From: Patellaria atrata CBS 101060
Taxonomy: Eukaryota
Direction: 5' to 3'
DNA: 64,000 bases
Assembly: GCA_010093705.1 (NCBI GenBank)
Contig: MU006090.1
Coordinates: 1,391,817 to 1,455,816, forward strand
The notes beneath the pieces are model-generated. The model was not told the origin of the DNA, made no database searches, and saw only the letters and a list, made by a program, of their open reading frames with translations. This document shows positions 38,273 to 52,600 of the stretch, piece by piece (the stretch's first letter is position 1; the number at the start of each line of letters is the position of its first letter). A program made the translations under genes and the position numbers.

Positions 38273-40566
38273 CTATCGCTCCGGCCCTTGTAGATGCTCA
38301 CGCCACCTGATTCCCTCTAACCTAGGGTCTGGTGGAGGTAGTGCTCCTGCCCTATTGTTTACTTGTTCGGCAATCAACTGAATATTATCATGAAGGACGC
38401 CATAATCTCCCTCAGCTGGACGCGTCCACATAGGACGATGTATCGGACCGGGTGCTTCGAGGAAGAGGTTACGTTGTTCTCCTGCAAGTCGGATCCTTTC
38501 TGCTTCATCTGCGCTCTCGAGTCGGACTCTTTCCTCTTCTTGAACGGCGTCCGATACACCGATCTTCAGATCATCCGCGGTCAGATACGGGTTCTCCGCA
38601 CGTACTTTTGCTGAGGCTTTTGCCTCTGCATTTTTTACCGTCTCGTCGTCGCGGCGGACATAGTTGTCGTAGAGTGGGCATGGCCCTCTGTGGAAATGAT
38701 CATAATTTTGGCCTTTGACAGACTTGCTACACACATAACTAAATATTATTAGTGTCAATTAGTGAGTTATATAAACAAATCTAATCTCAAAACTATCGTA
38801 GGACCTAACCGACATACCATTGATACGCCTTACACATTGTGCACATCATCTTATTACAGCCGCCCTCCTTAAGGAACGCCGTACCGCATTTGCTATGTTA
38901 ATCAGCTATGAAATCTTGATTTATTTGAGTGTGTACATACTTGCAATGCCGGATCAATGCTGTTGACATTGCTTCTTCAATCTGGCGGCGCACGTCGAAT
39001 TTTTTGTGCCCTCTTGCGAACTCTTCGCAAGTTTGCGGAACATGGCTTTCAGCTTGGCATAACCTACAACTAATCTTTTGGCAGCAGGAGTCTTGACAAC
39101 GAAACTCCCGGTCGATCTCAGCGGGTGGACATATGGCCTTGAAGTCACAAAAAGGACATTCCTCGAGACCCTCCAAGCCCGCAAGCCTGATGTCGTTTTC
39201 TTGTTGCAGCTTCTCTAACTTCTCGAAATTCCTTTCGTGAAGACACGCTCGCAACTGCACACTTGAGAAAACCCCCATACAGCCGCTGCTATCAATACAG
39301 TTGGTTCTGCATTGATTCATACCGATTTCAGTCTCGATGTACTTGTTGACACAAACAATACAAGAGTAATGAGGATTTGGTGCATCACAGGATGCCATGC
39401 GATTTAGCGGATAGTCGGAACAGCAAGTCGAACCGAGGGACCGTAAGCTAAGCAATGGGGGTGTAACTGTGAGCACTTACCATTCAGCTATTGCGTTGTT
39501 CTGCAATGCGTGTCGAAGATTTTCAGCTTCTTGAGCAGCGTTCTCTTCGACGAGTTTTCTTTGAGCTAGCATATTCGTTAGGAGACGTAGGCAAAACTTC
39601 TAGCAGTACAACGTACCAGCCTCTTGAGTAGATCTCTTCTTCGCTGCTTCTAGTTCCCTCCTAAGGTCAACTACGACAGGGTTGGTAATATCAAAATCAA
39701 TTGTTCGCTGTTGAGCCTTCCTTCTATATGGAGGATCCTTCGCAGGGTCATATTGTCGTTCAGCTGTTTCGATGGCGAGATACGCATGTATTAAGAATGT
39801 ATGCGTTTTGAGAGTGTTCTGAATGAACTTCTTCGGCACATTAGGGAACTCATTTTGTAAGTATATGATTCTGAGGTGTTGTGAGCTTTCGGTCTACCAA
39901 TATACCAGCAAACCAGGAAAGCGTTTATCCTGCTTGGGAAGGGGTACATATCCCTCCGTATCTAGAGGTATGGATTGTCTTATGTAGTACAACAAAAGAT
40001 AATATCATAGGTGGGACTGGGAAGCAGACTTACGCGAGTCTTGTATACGAAACGGTGATCGCCTCCCGATCAGGATTCTTCCATTCCTCAATTTCATCCT
40101 GCACGCTCTCTCGCCTCTTCCTCTTCAACCCTTGACCCGTATTCTGCTCCTTCGGGTAGCTTTCTAAGCCAAGCGTGCTGTCGATGAAAAAGTTGCACCA
40201 CATGTTTACATCAGTGCCAACTTGGAATGTATCTGCAAAGTTCTCTTTGACGTATTCATGGGAAATACCCGGAAAAATTTCGGAAATCCTCAGAAAGAGA
40301 TCTGGCTCCATGGTGTTCGACTATTGATATCGTGGCTGTATTGATGTTGAGTCAACGAAATTCTTCTGATGTCCGAAACCCGCAAACTCTGCGATTCGAA
40401 AGATTTCACCCCACTCCTGTTCTGTCGTCTCTGCAATGTCGAATTGGGTCTGTGGACCGACTGCTGCGTTGAAAAAAGCGTCGTTTCCGTCGTCGTGAGG
40501 ATCGCTGTCGGAATCCAGGTCAATGACCTCAAACCGTTGAGCTTGAAGTCTGTTGTGGCAAGGCAT
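38273..40566 (-). pseudogene. RBR E3 ubiquitin ligase, RNF216/TRIAD3-like, probably disrupted
   Basis: RING1-IBR-RING2 (EC|STCC..YPLNRM, LEECPFCDF, SCRLC..SHVP, C|KCGTAFLKEGGCNKMMC..CYVCS, CPLYD). An in-frame TAG at 40321-40323 separates an EVIDLDSDSD N-terminus from the rest. The intron 39480-39433 acceptor reads GG instead of AG. Confidence 0.7.
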
Positions 40567-41925
40567 TCTTTGTTGACTTAACAGGTCGCGAAAATAGTAC
40601 GGGGGAGTCTGGAAATTGCACGTGGGTTGAAGAACTCCCGTGTAGTGAATGCTCTCATTCACGTGGCACGTGTGCGGTTTTGATCTCTTAATTCAACAGC
40701 GATATGAATATCACAAGTGACTTAGAATGAATGTTGCTTTACTCCTTGAACACTGTAAGACAGTTGAAATTGATATGAACAATGGAATGACTGAAAGAGA
40801 GAAGTTCAGTAGCATCATTCTCACTATCTTGAGTATCATCGTCGTTCTCTTGCGTCACTGAGCATGATCATGAAGCAGTTGCTACGAATACTTCTTGGCA
40901 GAATAGATTTATCGTAGTTGAACTTTTTCGAAGCGTGACCCTCCTAAAAGTACTCTTCCTTACCTTCAGTCTTTCACGTACGGTATAGAAGGTTATTGGG
41001 TTAAGTTGAGGTTTACAACCACGTGACGTTCGATGGCGCTAAAGCGGAATCACTCTAGCGTATTGTAGAAAAAGGAAAACTGGACGGCTTCTTCTGTATG
41101 CTCGTTCGGTTTTCTGATACCTGTATTCCACCTTATTCATTACTGGATGCTACAAGCTCTCAACCGTAAAAGGAACTAAGGTTTATGATGAATTCATGAA
41201 GCAAGCCTGTGCGCGATGGTTTCGCACCTTGATCACGTCTCTATGCAACCCCAAGAAGTCAATTGAGATTACGCGCAAGTACGGATGTGCAGTAGAGCAA
41301 TCAGAGTATTAGTAGACTTATCTACCCATTGCTCTTTTGTCTAGACTTACTAGACAACTTGACTGGTGAAGTAAAAAGCGTAAATATAACTTCACACCTG
41401 TGATGGTTTTGTTTGCTCCCTTCAATTTCATCTTCAACCTATCGTTTAATGCAAGATATTTTTTGTTTCTCGCTTGATTATTCGATCGCTCAACACAGAC
41501 GTAACATCTCTACCTATGGGCTTAAATGTAACTTTAATTGCTGAAGCATGCCGTGTTACGCTTTCTAAACTCCCTTTTCACCTCTTTTAGTTTCATAGTA
41601 CCCGTTATCCAGCTAAAATAGGCCTACCTCATCGCTTTCCTACGGGATGGGGCGGGTTCCATCGGCCTGGATGCGGACGTGTTCTTCGATTGTTGAGGCA
41701 AACCTTACGTACAACCTACTACTACAAGCTTAACTACGCTGTGTAAGGGCTCACATTGTCTTCTAACTATTTCATGAGACTGGAAAGAAGATGGGGTGGA
41801 GCAATCAATCATAAACATTAAACATAATATCTTCTGAACAACTCTCCCTTTCCGCTCCGTATTTTCACTGCTATCAGAAAAAAAAGTCTACGATAGTGTT
41901 CTTACAAAGATTCAACAGACTAGTT

Positions 41926-43150
41926 ATGGGTTCTCTTCCTTTACCGGAGCGTGACTCTCCGACTCTCACTCTTGTCCAGCCCACAGAAGATGAGAAAATC
42001 GCCCAGTGGAAGCTTAATGGGACTTCCTGGAAGGGGGCTTTGCCGAATGTTGAATCATACGTTGCTCGGGAAGCATATCTTGAGCAGCAAGAACTCACAC
42101 GTAACGGAGGCCTCACGCTATGGGTCCTGGTTGACATTGCAGCTAAGAATCGACAAGTCCTCTGCGGTTGTGATACATACCGCAAGAAAGCTATGATGTG
42201 GAAGGATGGCCGTGTTAAGGATGTTGTAAGCTATGGGATAGGGAGTGTCTTTTGTCCTCCGGACAAGAGAGGAAAAGGATATGCTGGACGCATGATGAAA
42301 GAGTTGGGCAAAATTTTGAAGACATGGAAATTGGCAGACGGTGAGCAATGTCTGTTCACTACCCTCTACTCAGATATTGGTAAGGTAAGTAGACTTCTGC
42401 ACAGATGTTGTTAGCAATCGCTCAATCAGATTTTAGAAATTTTATGCCAATCATGGTTGGAACCCATATCCGTCTTCCTATATCTCTGTACCCGCATCCT
42501 TCACGCTCCCTCAATCACTCCCAGCAGTGCGTGCATTATACGCCCCCGAACTTGCGGAACTTTGCACTATTGACGAGAATCTTGTGCGTCAACGTCTGGA
42601 ACTGTTACCTAAGGACAGTAAAACGACTGTGGCCCTAACCCCAGATGTAGCAACCATTCGCTGGCTCCATGCACGCGAAGAATTTGTCGGCCGAGAAGTA
42701 TACCACAAAGTCCCGGATATCAAGGGTGCCCTCGTCGGTACTGAAAAGGGTGGACGTGTCTGGGCTATTTTCACACGAATGTGGTATAACTCAGATCCTA
42801 AAGCAACCAATGGTAATATCCTTTATTTTCTTCGTCTGGTTATCGAGGACAAGGTGACGGATGAACCGACAGAAAAACCAACGGACTTCCAGGAGTCAAA
42901 GCACACGCTAGCTATTGCTGCTATAATCGCATTCGCTCTGAATCAGGTAAAAGAGTGGGGAATGGAAGAAGTTCAAGCATGGAATCCCACTGCTGATGTC
43001 GTTGCTGCTGCCAAATACCTGTATCCTGAAGCCAAAGCAATCAACAGGGACGAGGAAAGTATAGCCAGTCTAATGTGGTATGGTACCGAAACGGGTAACA
43101 ATAAAGAGGATGTCGACTGGATAGAATGCGAAAAGTATGTCTGGTGCTGA
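41926..43150 (+). CDS. GNAT-family lysine acetyltransferase, LYC1-like
   Basis: GIGSVFCPPDKRGKGYAGRMM, LYSDIGK|KFYANHGW (intron 42385-42436), WLHAREEF, C-terminal SIASLMWYG..W..CEKYVWC. Confidence 0.85.
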
Positions 43151-43550
43151 GCGACGATATCATGTCAGGGAGACCAATACCGTCCTTATAAAATACCTTT
43201 TATTATTATAAATTTAACTAAGTTAGCGGGAATGGATTACCTAAGGTAGATAGCAACTTCCAAACGCAGCCCCCATGTTTGCTTTGTTTGACCACTATTC
43301 CGTGGCCGAGACGTAGGGGGCAGCCCAATCAAAATCTAGCACCGAACTTCGGAGCGACAAGTAATTTTCAAGTAGCCACTACGATTCCATATTTTATAAT
43401 GTTCACGCAACGAATAATCAGGGATCATTTCTACAGTGAAGCAATTGAGCTTGATAGAATACACTATAGAAGTAATTGGTGGATTTACAACAATTTATTT
43501 CTGACCAAGCACACCCCTTCCAGCTCTTGTTGGTAAAAGCATCTCAAAAT

Positions 43551-45382
43551 ATGAATACTCACACCCCTTCTCAGAGATATCTCAGTACCAGAGCTGGATC
43601 GTATGATGTGAGTAATTCGATACTCCCGCTTCTTATACTGATCTGTGATAGCTCTCCTTTGAGGAGGTCGTGCTCAAAGGCCTCGCAGCAGATGGGGGCT
43701 TGTTTATCCCTGAAGAGATACCAACTCTACCAGGAGACTGGGCTACATTGTGGAAGGACTGTTCCTTTCAGGAACTAGCCTTCCACATCTTCTCGTTGTA
43801 TATCTCTCCTTCTGAGATTCCCTCGGATGACCTGAAGGATATTATCAAACGGAGTTATTCTACGTTTCGTGCTTCAGATATCACGCCCGTAGTTCAACTT
43901 GATGAGAAGAAGAATATCCATCTACTTGAACTGTTCCACGGACCAAGCTGGTCATTTAAGGATGTCGCGCTCCAATTCGTTGGGAACCTATTTGAGTATT
44001 TTCTCGTTAAGAGAAACGAGGGTAAGTCAGGCAGAGAGAGGGAGCACCTTACAGTCATAGGAGCAACTAGTGGAGACACTGGTTCTGCTGCAATATATGG
44101 TCTTCGAGGGAAGAAAGATGTTTCCGTTTTCATCATGCATCCGAAAGAAAAAGTCAGTCCTATTCAAGAAGCGCAGATGACTACTGTACTGGATCCGAAT
44201 GTGCATAACTTAGCAATAAACGGAACATTTGATGATTGTCAGGTAGGTTATGGAAATTTCATAGCTATCCTAGTTCTAACGGTGCCTTTAGGACTTTGTA
44301 AAAGCGCTATTTGCAGATCCGGCCATTAATTCGACGCATAAACTCGCTGCGGTCAACTCTATTAACTGGGCTCGTATTTTGGCCCAGATAACATACTATT
44401 TTGCTTCGTACTTTTCTGTAATCCGATCGCCTACGTTCGTTTCTGGTGCTGAGATAAGATATTGTACGCCAACTGGAAACTTTGGAGGTAAGCAAGGTGG
44501 TATACTGCCGCTCAGCTTCCACAGGCTAACCCGCTAGATATCCTTGCTGGATACTTCGCAAAGAGAATGGGTCTACCTATCGCGAAGCTAGTCATCGCAA
44601 CTAATGAGAACGATATCCTTCATCGGTTTTGGCGGACGGGTCATTACGAAAAGAAACCGGTCCATGGACGTGATGCGGAAGGGGGTATCGTTGAGGATGG
44701 AGTCAAAGCGCATGAAGATGGTGTCAAGGAGACGTTGAGTCCAGCAATGGATATTCTTGTCAGTAGTAACTTTGAGCGGCTGCTGTGGTTCCTCGCATAT
44801 TCGATATATGGTGACTCGTCATCTTCCGTCGAAGACAAGCGCAAGGTTGCGGGAGAGCATGTCAAGCGGTGGCTGGAGGAGCTAAAAACTTCGGGAGGTT
44901 TCGGGGTCGAGCCGCAGATACTTGAAGCTGCGAAACAAGACTTCGAGTCGGAGAGGGTTAGCGATGCGCAAACATTGGAGACCATCAAGAACGTCTATTC
45001 AAATCCACTTCCTCCTATTATAGCGAAGAAAGCAGTTCAAGGAAGCACTGGGACATTGATTGGACATAACTACGTTCTGGATCCCCATTCGGCCATCGGC
45101 GTCACAGCAGCATATCGTTCTGTAGCGAGGAATCCCGGACCAACAACGCATCATATTACGCTCGCTACGGCACATCCTGCAAAATTTTCTCATGCGGTCG
45201 AGAAGGCCTTGCATGGCTCAAGTAGTTTTACATTTGAAAAGGTACTTCCAGAGCAATTCATTGGGCTAGAAGAAAAGGAGAAAAGGCTCACGGACGTACG
45301 AAAAGAACTTGGCATGGAAGGTGTTCGAGAAATAGTCGTGAGAGAGGTAGAGGAAGAAAGACGAGAGCGAGGCGAGATCTAG
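43551..45382 (+). CDS. THR4: Threonine synthase
   Basis: RYLSTR, GLAADGGLFIP, ELFHGPSWSFKDVALQ (PLP lysine), GATSGDTGSAA, AVNSINWARI, TGNFG|DIL, TLSPAMDILVSSNFER, ATAHPAKF; three introns. Confidence 0.96.
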
Positions 45383-45612
45383 ACTTAATATGGTATAATG
45401 CTGGATATTAAGGGTTGTTTTATGAATTAGTTAAAAAGTCAACAAACTTGAGCGTTGTGGATGGCTTCATAGGGTTTAATTATCACCATCACGTGCTACG
45501 CGGCAACCTTTGACGCGTTACGCGTGTTACCGCACGTTAACCCATTAGGTTCAACCCCACAGTTTACTTTTGTGTGTCACACGGTCCAATATCTCATTTC
45601 ACTCTGGTTACT

Positions 45613-47891
45613 ATGCGATTTGTGATCCAGGACTCTGATGATGACGTCGACAATGACTCTTGTCGCTCTCCACCTGCAAATCGGAATACTTTGTCACCAT
45701 GTAAAGACATAAGCACCCGTGAGGACCAGTTGCCCTCGCAGAGAGGCGCAACCTTTTCAGGTATGTTACATATTATTCTTGCGCTGCACAATACTGATAA
45801 GCGCCGCCATCATAGGGGAGAAAGACGCTCCAGCCCATGAACCAATCGATGTCGCATCCCTAACTTTCTCACCAGCGAAAATGTCGGAACCTATATCGCC
45901 CATAAATCAACGTCTAAAACGACGAAATACAATGGCCGATACACTATTGCGGAGCTCTCCGAATACCAAATTAGAGCGGAGGAAAACCTTAAAGACGTAC
46001 GGCCAGACGAAACACAAGTATGATAACCTTGACCAATTCAACGCCACTTCTGAAAGATTGAAGGAACCAGGGAATATCCAGGATAGTGGTGCTAAGAATA
46101 TTAAATCACCAGAGAAGAGTTCGGGAAATGACACTGCATCATTTGGATCCTTGGTTGCCAGAAGCCTGGAGAGCGCGGAGAAATGGGAAATCTCTGCATC
46201 TCTGCGTGACGATTTTGCACAACATGAACCCAATGTCATGTTTCCAACCTCGAGTACGGTTCTTAATACGACCCAAACTCAGAAGTACATCAGTGATGCT
46301 ATTGCTGCAGGCAATAGCGCACCAGTTCTCGATATAGCAATACCTGGTAGCAACAATTCGTTCTCGTTCTCCCAGTATCTTGCTACGCAAACTGTAAAAG
46401 TTTCCCAAGTGCCCTTATCATGTCTCATTATAAGCTAACTTTCTCAAGACATCTCAACCGCAACCCGAGAACCATGATATCTCATATGGGCTTTCTCCGG
46501 TTGTGGAACTAGATGAAGGAGCTTCTACTCACTATTCCTCCCTGAACACTAAAAAACAAGTCGTTGCAGAATCTCATACGTCTTACCCGCAGACCATTCA
46601 AGAGAAGTCTGTACACGAGTTACCTGTTGCTTTTGCATCTCTTAGTCAGATTGCGCCCGTGAAAGTAGGAACGCGTCCGAGAATCGACCCCGCCAATGAT
46701 CTCTACTCAGATGAGCTTGCAATAGGCCTGCCAAAAGAATTATACAAACCGAGACCTAGTCGCTCGAGATCTGCTCAAGTCATACCTCAGGACGACGGAA
46801 GTACCTCTATCAAGGCCACAGACTCAAAAAAGTCCAAGATCCAGAGACGGAAGACCACTAACCATGGGGAAGGTTCTTTAGCCAAAATTTCCCAGACCCA
46901 CTTGGAAACGGTTCAGGATATAGATCCGCAGGTTATTCCCGAACAGGGAGTCGAAAATAGAATCTCTGGGACGCTCCAGGGTCCTTCCACTAATAAGAAT
47001 TCCATATCCACTCAAGTCTCCCTTGAGGATGAGATAGCGGATGTTAAGACAGCTGCTCGTCCACAACTATTCTCAAGCGAAAACCAGAGAGATGAAACTC
47101 GCCCAGTCGATACCACTAGTATTGAGCAGGAAAACTCGGATCCCTCGAAAACAAAAAAGCGCAAAAGAGGAAGACCAAAAACTGTAAGCAACGATGAACT
47201 GCAGTCTTGTCGCTTGGCGACAGAGACCGATACGCATAAAGTAGAACCACCTCGTGAGGCGCCAAAAGGGAGTGATTTGGAACCTATTGGAATGGCACAA
47301 TCTGTGATTGAAGCGAGTGCGAGAAACGAAGTGGTACAACACGTAGATAGGAATCAAATAGAAGAGTTAAACAAGAAAAACTCGAAAGTAAAGCGAAGAA
47401 AAACGGCTCCGACAACAGTATCAGACGCAGATGGGGTGGTAGACGAAGATCTTCAAGACGAGAATCCGATTGTAGAAAAAACAAAGAGAAGCCGTGGAAG
47501 GCCACGTTCGATACAAAAGGCGATCCAGACCAGCAACGTCATTCCCAGTGCTAGGAAGGTACAAAGAGTGGAGGATAAACCTCAGAACGAAGACCGGAAG
47601 ACGCCTGAAGGAGAACCACTCCAGAATGTTGACCCAAATCTAAATCATGTTGAGGCAAGGTTGACGAAATTTGTCGGCGAAGTTCCTCCAAGCACTCCGC
47701 CCACCACGAAAGAAAAGGATTCGAGAATTGACGAAGACAATAGATCCTCAACTGTCACGATGAAAGGAAAGGGAGAAACTTCTTCTAGTCCTACAAACCA
47801 CTCACCTCTAAACAAAGGCAAGGTACCTTACAGAGTTGGCTTAAGCCGTCGTGCTAGGATACCCTCTCTTCTACGAGTACACAAAAAGTAG
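45613..47891 (+). CDS. Conserved fungal hypothetical protein with AT-hook motifs
   Basis: Three exons; IGLPKELYKPRPSRSRS, AT-hooks KRKRGRPK and RSRGRPR, C-terminal VPYRVGLSRRARIPSLLRV. Confidence 0.72.
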
Positions 47892-49670
47892 GAAGATCTC
47901 AAAAGATGGAAGGGGTTCTGACGATGGTTCGATGTGACTGATATACCACCTGTTCCCTGTATCTTCTTCCCATTTGTTACGGTCGGCATTTCATGGCGGT
48001 GAATTGCTATACGACAGTGGTATACTATCAAATCGGCACCTTGTTCAATCTTCGCACTTGCCCGTACAGCTACGTTGGGATTCTCAATCGATCATGAGCG
48101 TGTAGTATGGCATTAAAGCTCTGACAAGGGATGAGTATACCACGCTAAGATATTATTTGTGCCTTATGATTTCTATTTACAAGCGATAATAGAGAGTATG
48201 AGATATGATGTATCTACCAAACATGAAATGATATAAAATCTCTTACAGACTTTATTGTTGGTCTGTTCTAGAACACATCCGACTATTTCGGATAGAGAAC
48301 TCACTCACCGCTTCAAGTGGTCAGGCGGAGACGAATTGGAAGTTGCCATATCAACTTGCAGCAGTTGTGGTTGACTGTCTGTTAAACATTCTGAACAGTG
48401 CAAGTGATCGCGTGCCTCTTTTCCCGTTCCTGGCACTACTGTAGAATTAGAATTCGAGCTGCCCACCCCCCACCGATATCCTCCGCTCCACCAGACCAGA
48501 CCTACCGTCCTACATTACATCCCACATATACTGCGTTACTATCAAAGAACTAGTCATAGGCTCTAGAATTCCCTGAGACCAGTCTGCACTGCTTGGTCGA
48601 AGGCTCATCCAGTATCTTCTGTCCTGTTAATACTTTGTATAACGAACCTCCGATCGTTGGCCCCTTACCGTAGCGTGCCGACTCGTCCCGTAGGTACATG
48701 CAGGACAAAATCCTTGATGAGACACATTCAGCAACGTTCGGGAAGCTGGCAACTAGACTTCGATACTTCTCCAATGGCCAGCGCGCTTGCTGCATATTGG
48801 GGTGTTGGCTTGCAGGGTGGTGGCGACCAACCTATTAGCGGAAGTAAAAAGCAAGCCTGGCTGGCTACCTTACGGTATGGACTTAAAAGAATCTTTTCTG
48901 AGGATGAACTTTTACAATACATATAAAATGGTATCCGTGAGGTGGATTGTTTAAGTTGAGGAAGGGTTATTACCTGGCAGTCATGGCCTAACAAAGACGA
49001 CGTCAGCTCTACTGTACTGTACAGTACAAGCGAGCATCCATCCCTTGTTGCGATAGATTCCAACAATTGTCTTTTCTTGTCCATGTTCCGACATATTGTA
49101 ACCGCATCAAAAACTGTCAGATCCTCCATGTCCCTGTCGAGCTGTTTTGAGAGTCATACATCATAGGTATGGAATGCTCACAGCCCAGCGCATCGTTACG
49201 ACAACCTATTCCACATCTTGACGATGTGCTCAAGGGCTAGTCACTAATGTATTCACTATAAGACAGTTAATACTTAGATTGCCGTATACTATGTAAGTCA
49301 TCGTTTTCGGCAGACGGGGGGTTCTCTATGAGTAACCTTAAACTGACGGTTATCAAGATTAGTTTTAACCAACGAGCTTCCTTGACGCGAGCACGTTAAA
49401 AATCACCTGCTTCACATTTAACAGTAGTAGTACCTTACTATTAACTGGGCACCAACAAATCCTCCAAGCTTTACAAATCTTCAACATTATTTGAAGCGAC
49501 CGAATGGCTCCTAAGCCTTTCACACCTCTGAGAATTTCAAAAGTCTACGATCTCTTGTTTTCACGCGTCCGTAAATGAACCTCTCCATGACCTCAAAAGG
49601 TCCAACCTGCTTAAAGCAAGTTTATATTACTCTCATAGAGCTCTAAAGACGCGTCAAAACGTTACGGAAA

Positions 49671-52600
49671 ATGAAGTTTGGACATAACCTTCCACGCAAT
49701 CAAGTCCCAGAATGGGCGGCTTTTTATATCAATTACAAAGGCCTGAAGAAGCTCATCAAAGTCGCAGCGGATGCTTCTAAAACTGGTGCTGATGCCGACC
49801 TGGCGGGTATGTTTTTCTGGCTTTGTTTACAGATGTGGAAGGAGAATTAATAAATCTAGAATTCTTTTACTCCTTGGATAGGAACCTTGAGGATGTTGAC
49901 AGTTTCTATAACAAAAAGTACGCGGAGATCGCCCGGAGAGTAAAGCTCCTGCATGACCGATACGGCCATGCGGTTCACTTAGCGGAAGGTCTCGATAAGG
50001 ACGAGGTGGAGGACTTGATGGGTGCATTACTTGAACTCCGGAAGCAAGTGCGCAACCTCAAGAATTATGGTGAACTCAACCGCAAAGGCTTTCTCAAGAT
50101 TACCAAGAAGGTTGACAAGAAGATCCCTAAAGCCAGTTCCCAAAATCGTTATATGAATACCAAGGTTGATCCGAAACCTTTTGCGACGAATTTCCGTTTA
50201 TCACAAGATGAGAAAGCAATCAATGATTGGATGTCTAACCTGGGGGATCTCAAGACCTTCGATGATACTGGTTCTTCACATTCAATCAGCTCGTTGAATA
50301 GAGTTTCTGCTCGAGCGATACTCAATCTCCCGGCAGGTCTACTCGACACCGTTGACCAAGCCATCCGCAATGATGACGCGCCCATCTTAGCTGAGTTATT
50401 GATGGAAGCTAACACGGTTGATGATCATAAAAATGCGGCATACCAGAGGCTCCTATTGAGTCTTTTACAGAGAGCTATATCTTGCAAGTCTAAGAGCTGT
50501 ATTGATAACCTGCTACCACAGACTGTCTCTCTGGATGAAGAAGAGGACATCAATAAGCGGAATTGCATACACCGGCTTGTCATCACTATCGGTAGGTCAA
50601 AATCCAACAACGGGCAGTATGTGCATGGTCAGACACTTCAGCTTCCGTTTGAAAACAACGAACCTCCAACGTTAGCTCTTTCCCGCTGTACCACTTCTGA
50701 GGAAGAATCTACACAGCTTCTTAGCAAGAATGACGAGTCCGTTCAACTTTTAAGCTACCTGTTACGCAAACTTCAGCCAAACCATCGTCAAGCTCTGGTC
50801 ACACCAGACTCATATGGACGTTTACCACTTCATTATGCTGCCCAGTATGGTTTGGCCGTCATATGTCAGATAATCATCAAGCATATGCAAGATTGGGGTC
50901 AATTCAATGTTTCTCATGGTATTGATTCTACTGAGTGGCAAGACCTTGAGGGATACGCACCTTTGCATTTAAGCGTTATTGGTGGTCATCCGCTGACCAC
51001 TAAAGCTTTACTTAAGGCCGAAAATTGGAAAGGTGGAACAGACGAGAGGATCAACGCTCGCAAGTCTATTTCCAAGTCTGGTGCTGCTTTAGCTCTTGCC
51101 ACCAAATCAAATTATGTGGTTATTGTGAAACTGCTTGTGGAAGCCGGTGTGGATATCAACTTCCAGGATGAACAAGGCGAAACAGCACTCCATGTTGCCG
51201 CACGCTTCGGCCACAAAGATTGCGCACAAGCTCTCTTGGAGGGCTCGTCAAGCCAAAGGATTAACATCGAATTAGCCGAGAACACGTTCTCTTGGACTCC
51301 TCTTTTCATCGCTTGTGTTGACGGTCATCTTCCCATTGTCAACTTACTTATCGATGCTGGTGCCCAATTGGAGACAGCCGACCAATCTGGGTGGACTGCC
51401 AAAGAACATGCAGCCTTAAGAGGGCACATAGACATTGCGAAACGCCTTGCTGAGGTCACCCAGTCCCCACCGGATCCTGACAGACTATCGAGAGGGAAGA
51501 AACAAGCCAACTCTTCTCTAAGCGCATCCTCAATTGATGAGCGGAGATCCAAAGGGTTGGTAAAGGACAACCGGGTGGCATCGGCCCAGGACCCTGTCAA
51601 GTCATTTGGCCACCGATACCTGACAAAAGAGAGCATGATTCTTGTGAGTTTAGGTTCTATGGACATGCGAAAGAATATCTTACCTATTAAGTTGGACGAC
51701 ATTCCACTATCGGATGCTCATGCCACTCAACTTGACACGGCCCTGTCCATTGTAGTGTCCGCTCAGGGTGCATCTGGTGAGCCTACTGTATTTGACTTAC
51801 CAATCCAAGAGAATCTCAGCACAGATCCAATCACGTTCATGACCATGGATGCGAGCAAGGTGAAGATAATGTTTGATATCGTACCCACGTATGCCGGAGA
51901 TAAGGACCGCATTGTTGGCCGTGGAGTAGCCATGCTAGGATCAGTCAAACCAAGTGTAGGATCCAAGCGGACTTCTCTCCAAGGAGACGTGAGTGTCCCG
52001 ATCATAGCGGCTACGACTATGGAGGTTGTTGGTACTGTCAACTTCAACTTCTTAGTTATTACCCCGTTCACACATCCGAACATGTCGATCACTGAGAACC
52101 ACACATACTGGAAGACCATAACATCTACAATGATTATAGGACATAGAGGTCTGGGCAAAAATATTGCCTCACGTAGATCTCTTCAGCTTGGCGAAAACAC
52201 CATTCAGTCTTTCATCGCAGCAGCTAATCTGGGAGCTACATACGTTGAATTCGATGTTCAATTAACAAAAGATCTTGTTCCTGTCATTTACCACGACTTT
52301 CTCGTCAGCGAGACTGGTATTGACGCGCCAGTGCACACTCTTACTCTAGAACAGTTCCTTCATGTTAGCGACTCCCAGACTCCACGTCCATCAAGGCCAC
52401 CGTCCCCGGATGAAGCCAAAGATTCCAAACAGCTCACGAATGGAAAGAGCAAATATAGGCGCGCTCGTTCATATTCACTTGGACAATCCGAAGAAACTCA
52501 GTACGCCGAAGCCAGTGAAAGAATGAAGCACACTCGAGACTTCAAAATCAAGGGGTACAAAGGTAATAGCCGTGGGAATTTCATTCAAGCACCTTTCACA

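Noticed and set aside
48550..49129. 133-aa and 81-aa minus-strand ORFs upstream of GDE1
   Set aside because: No motif or family recognised, so no gene call can be supported.
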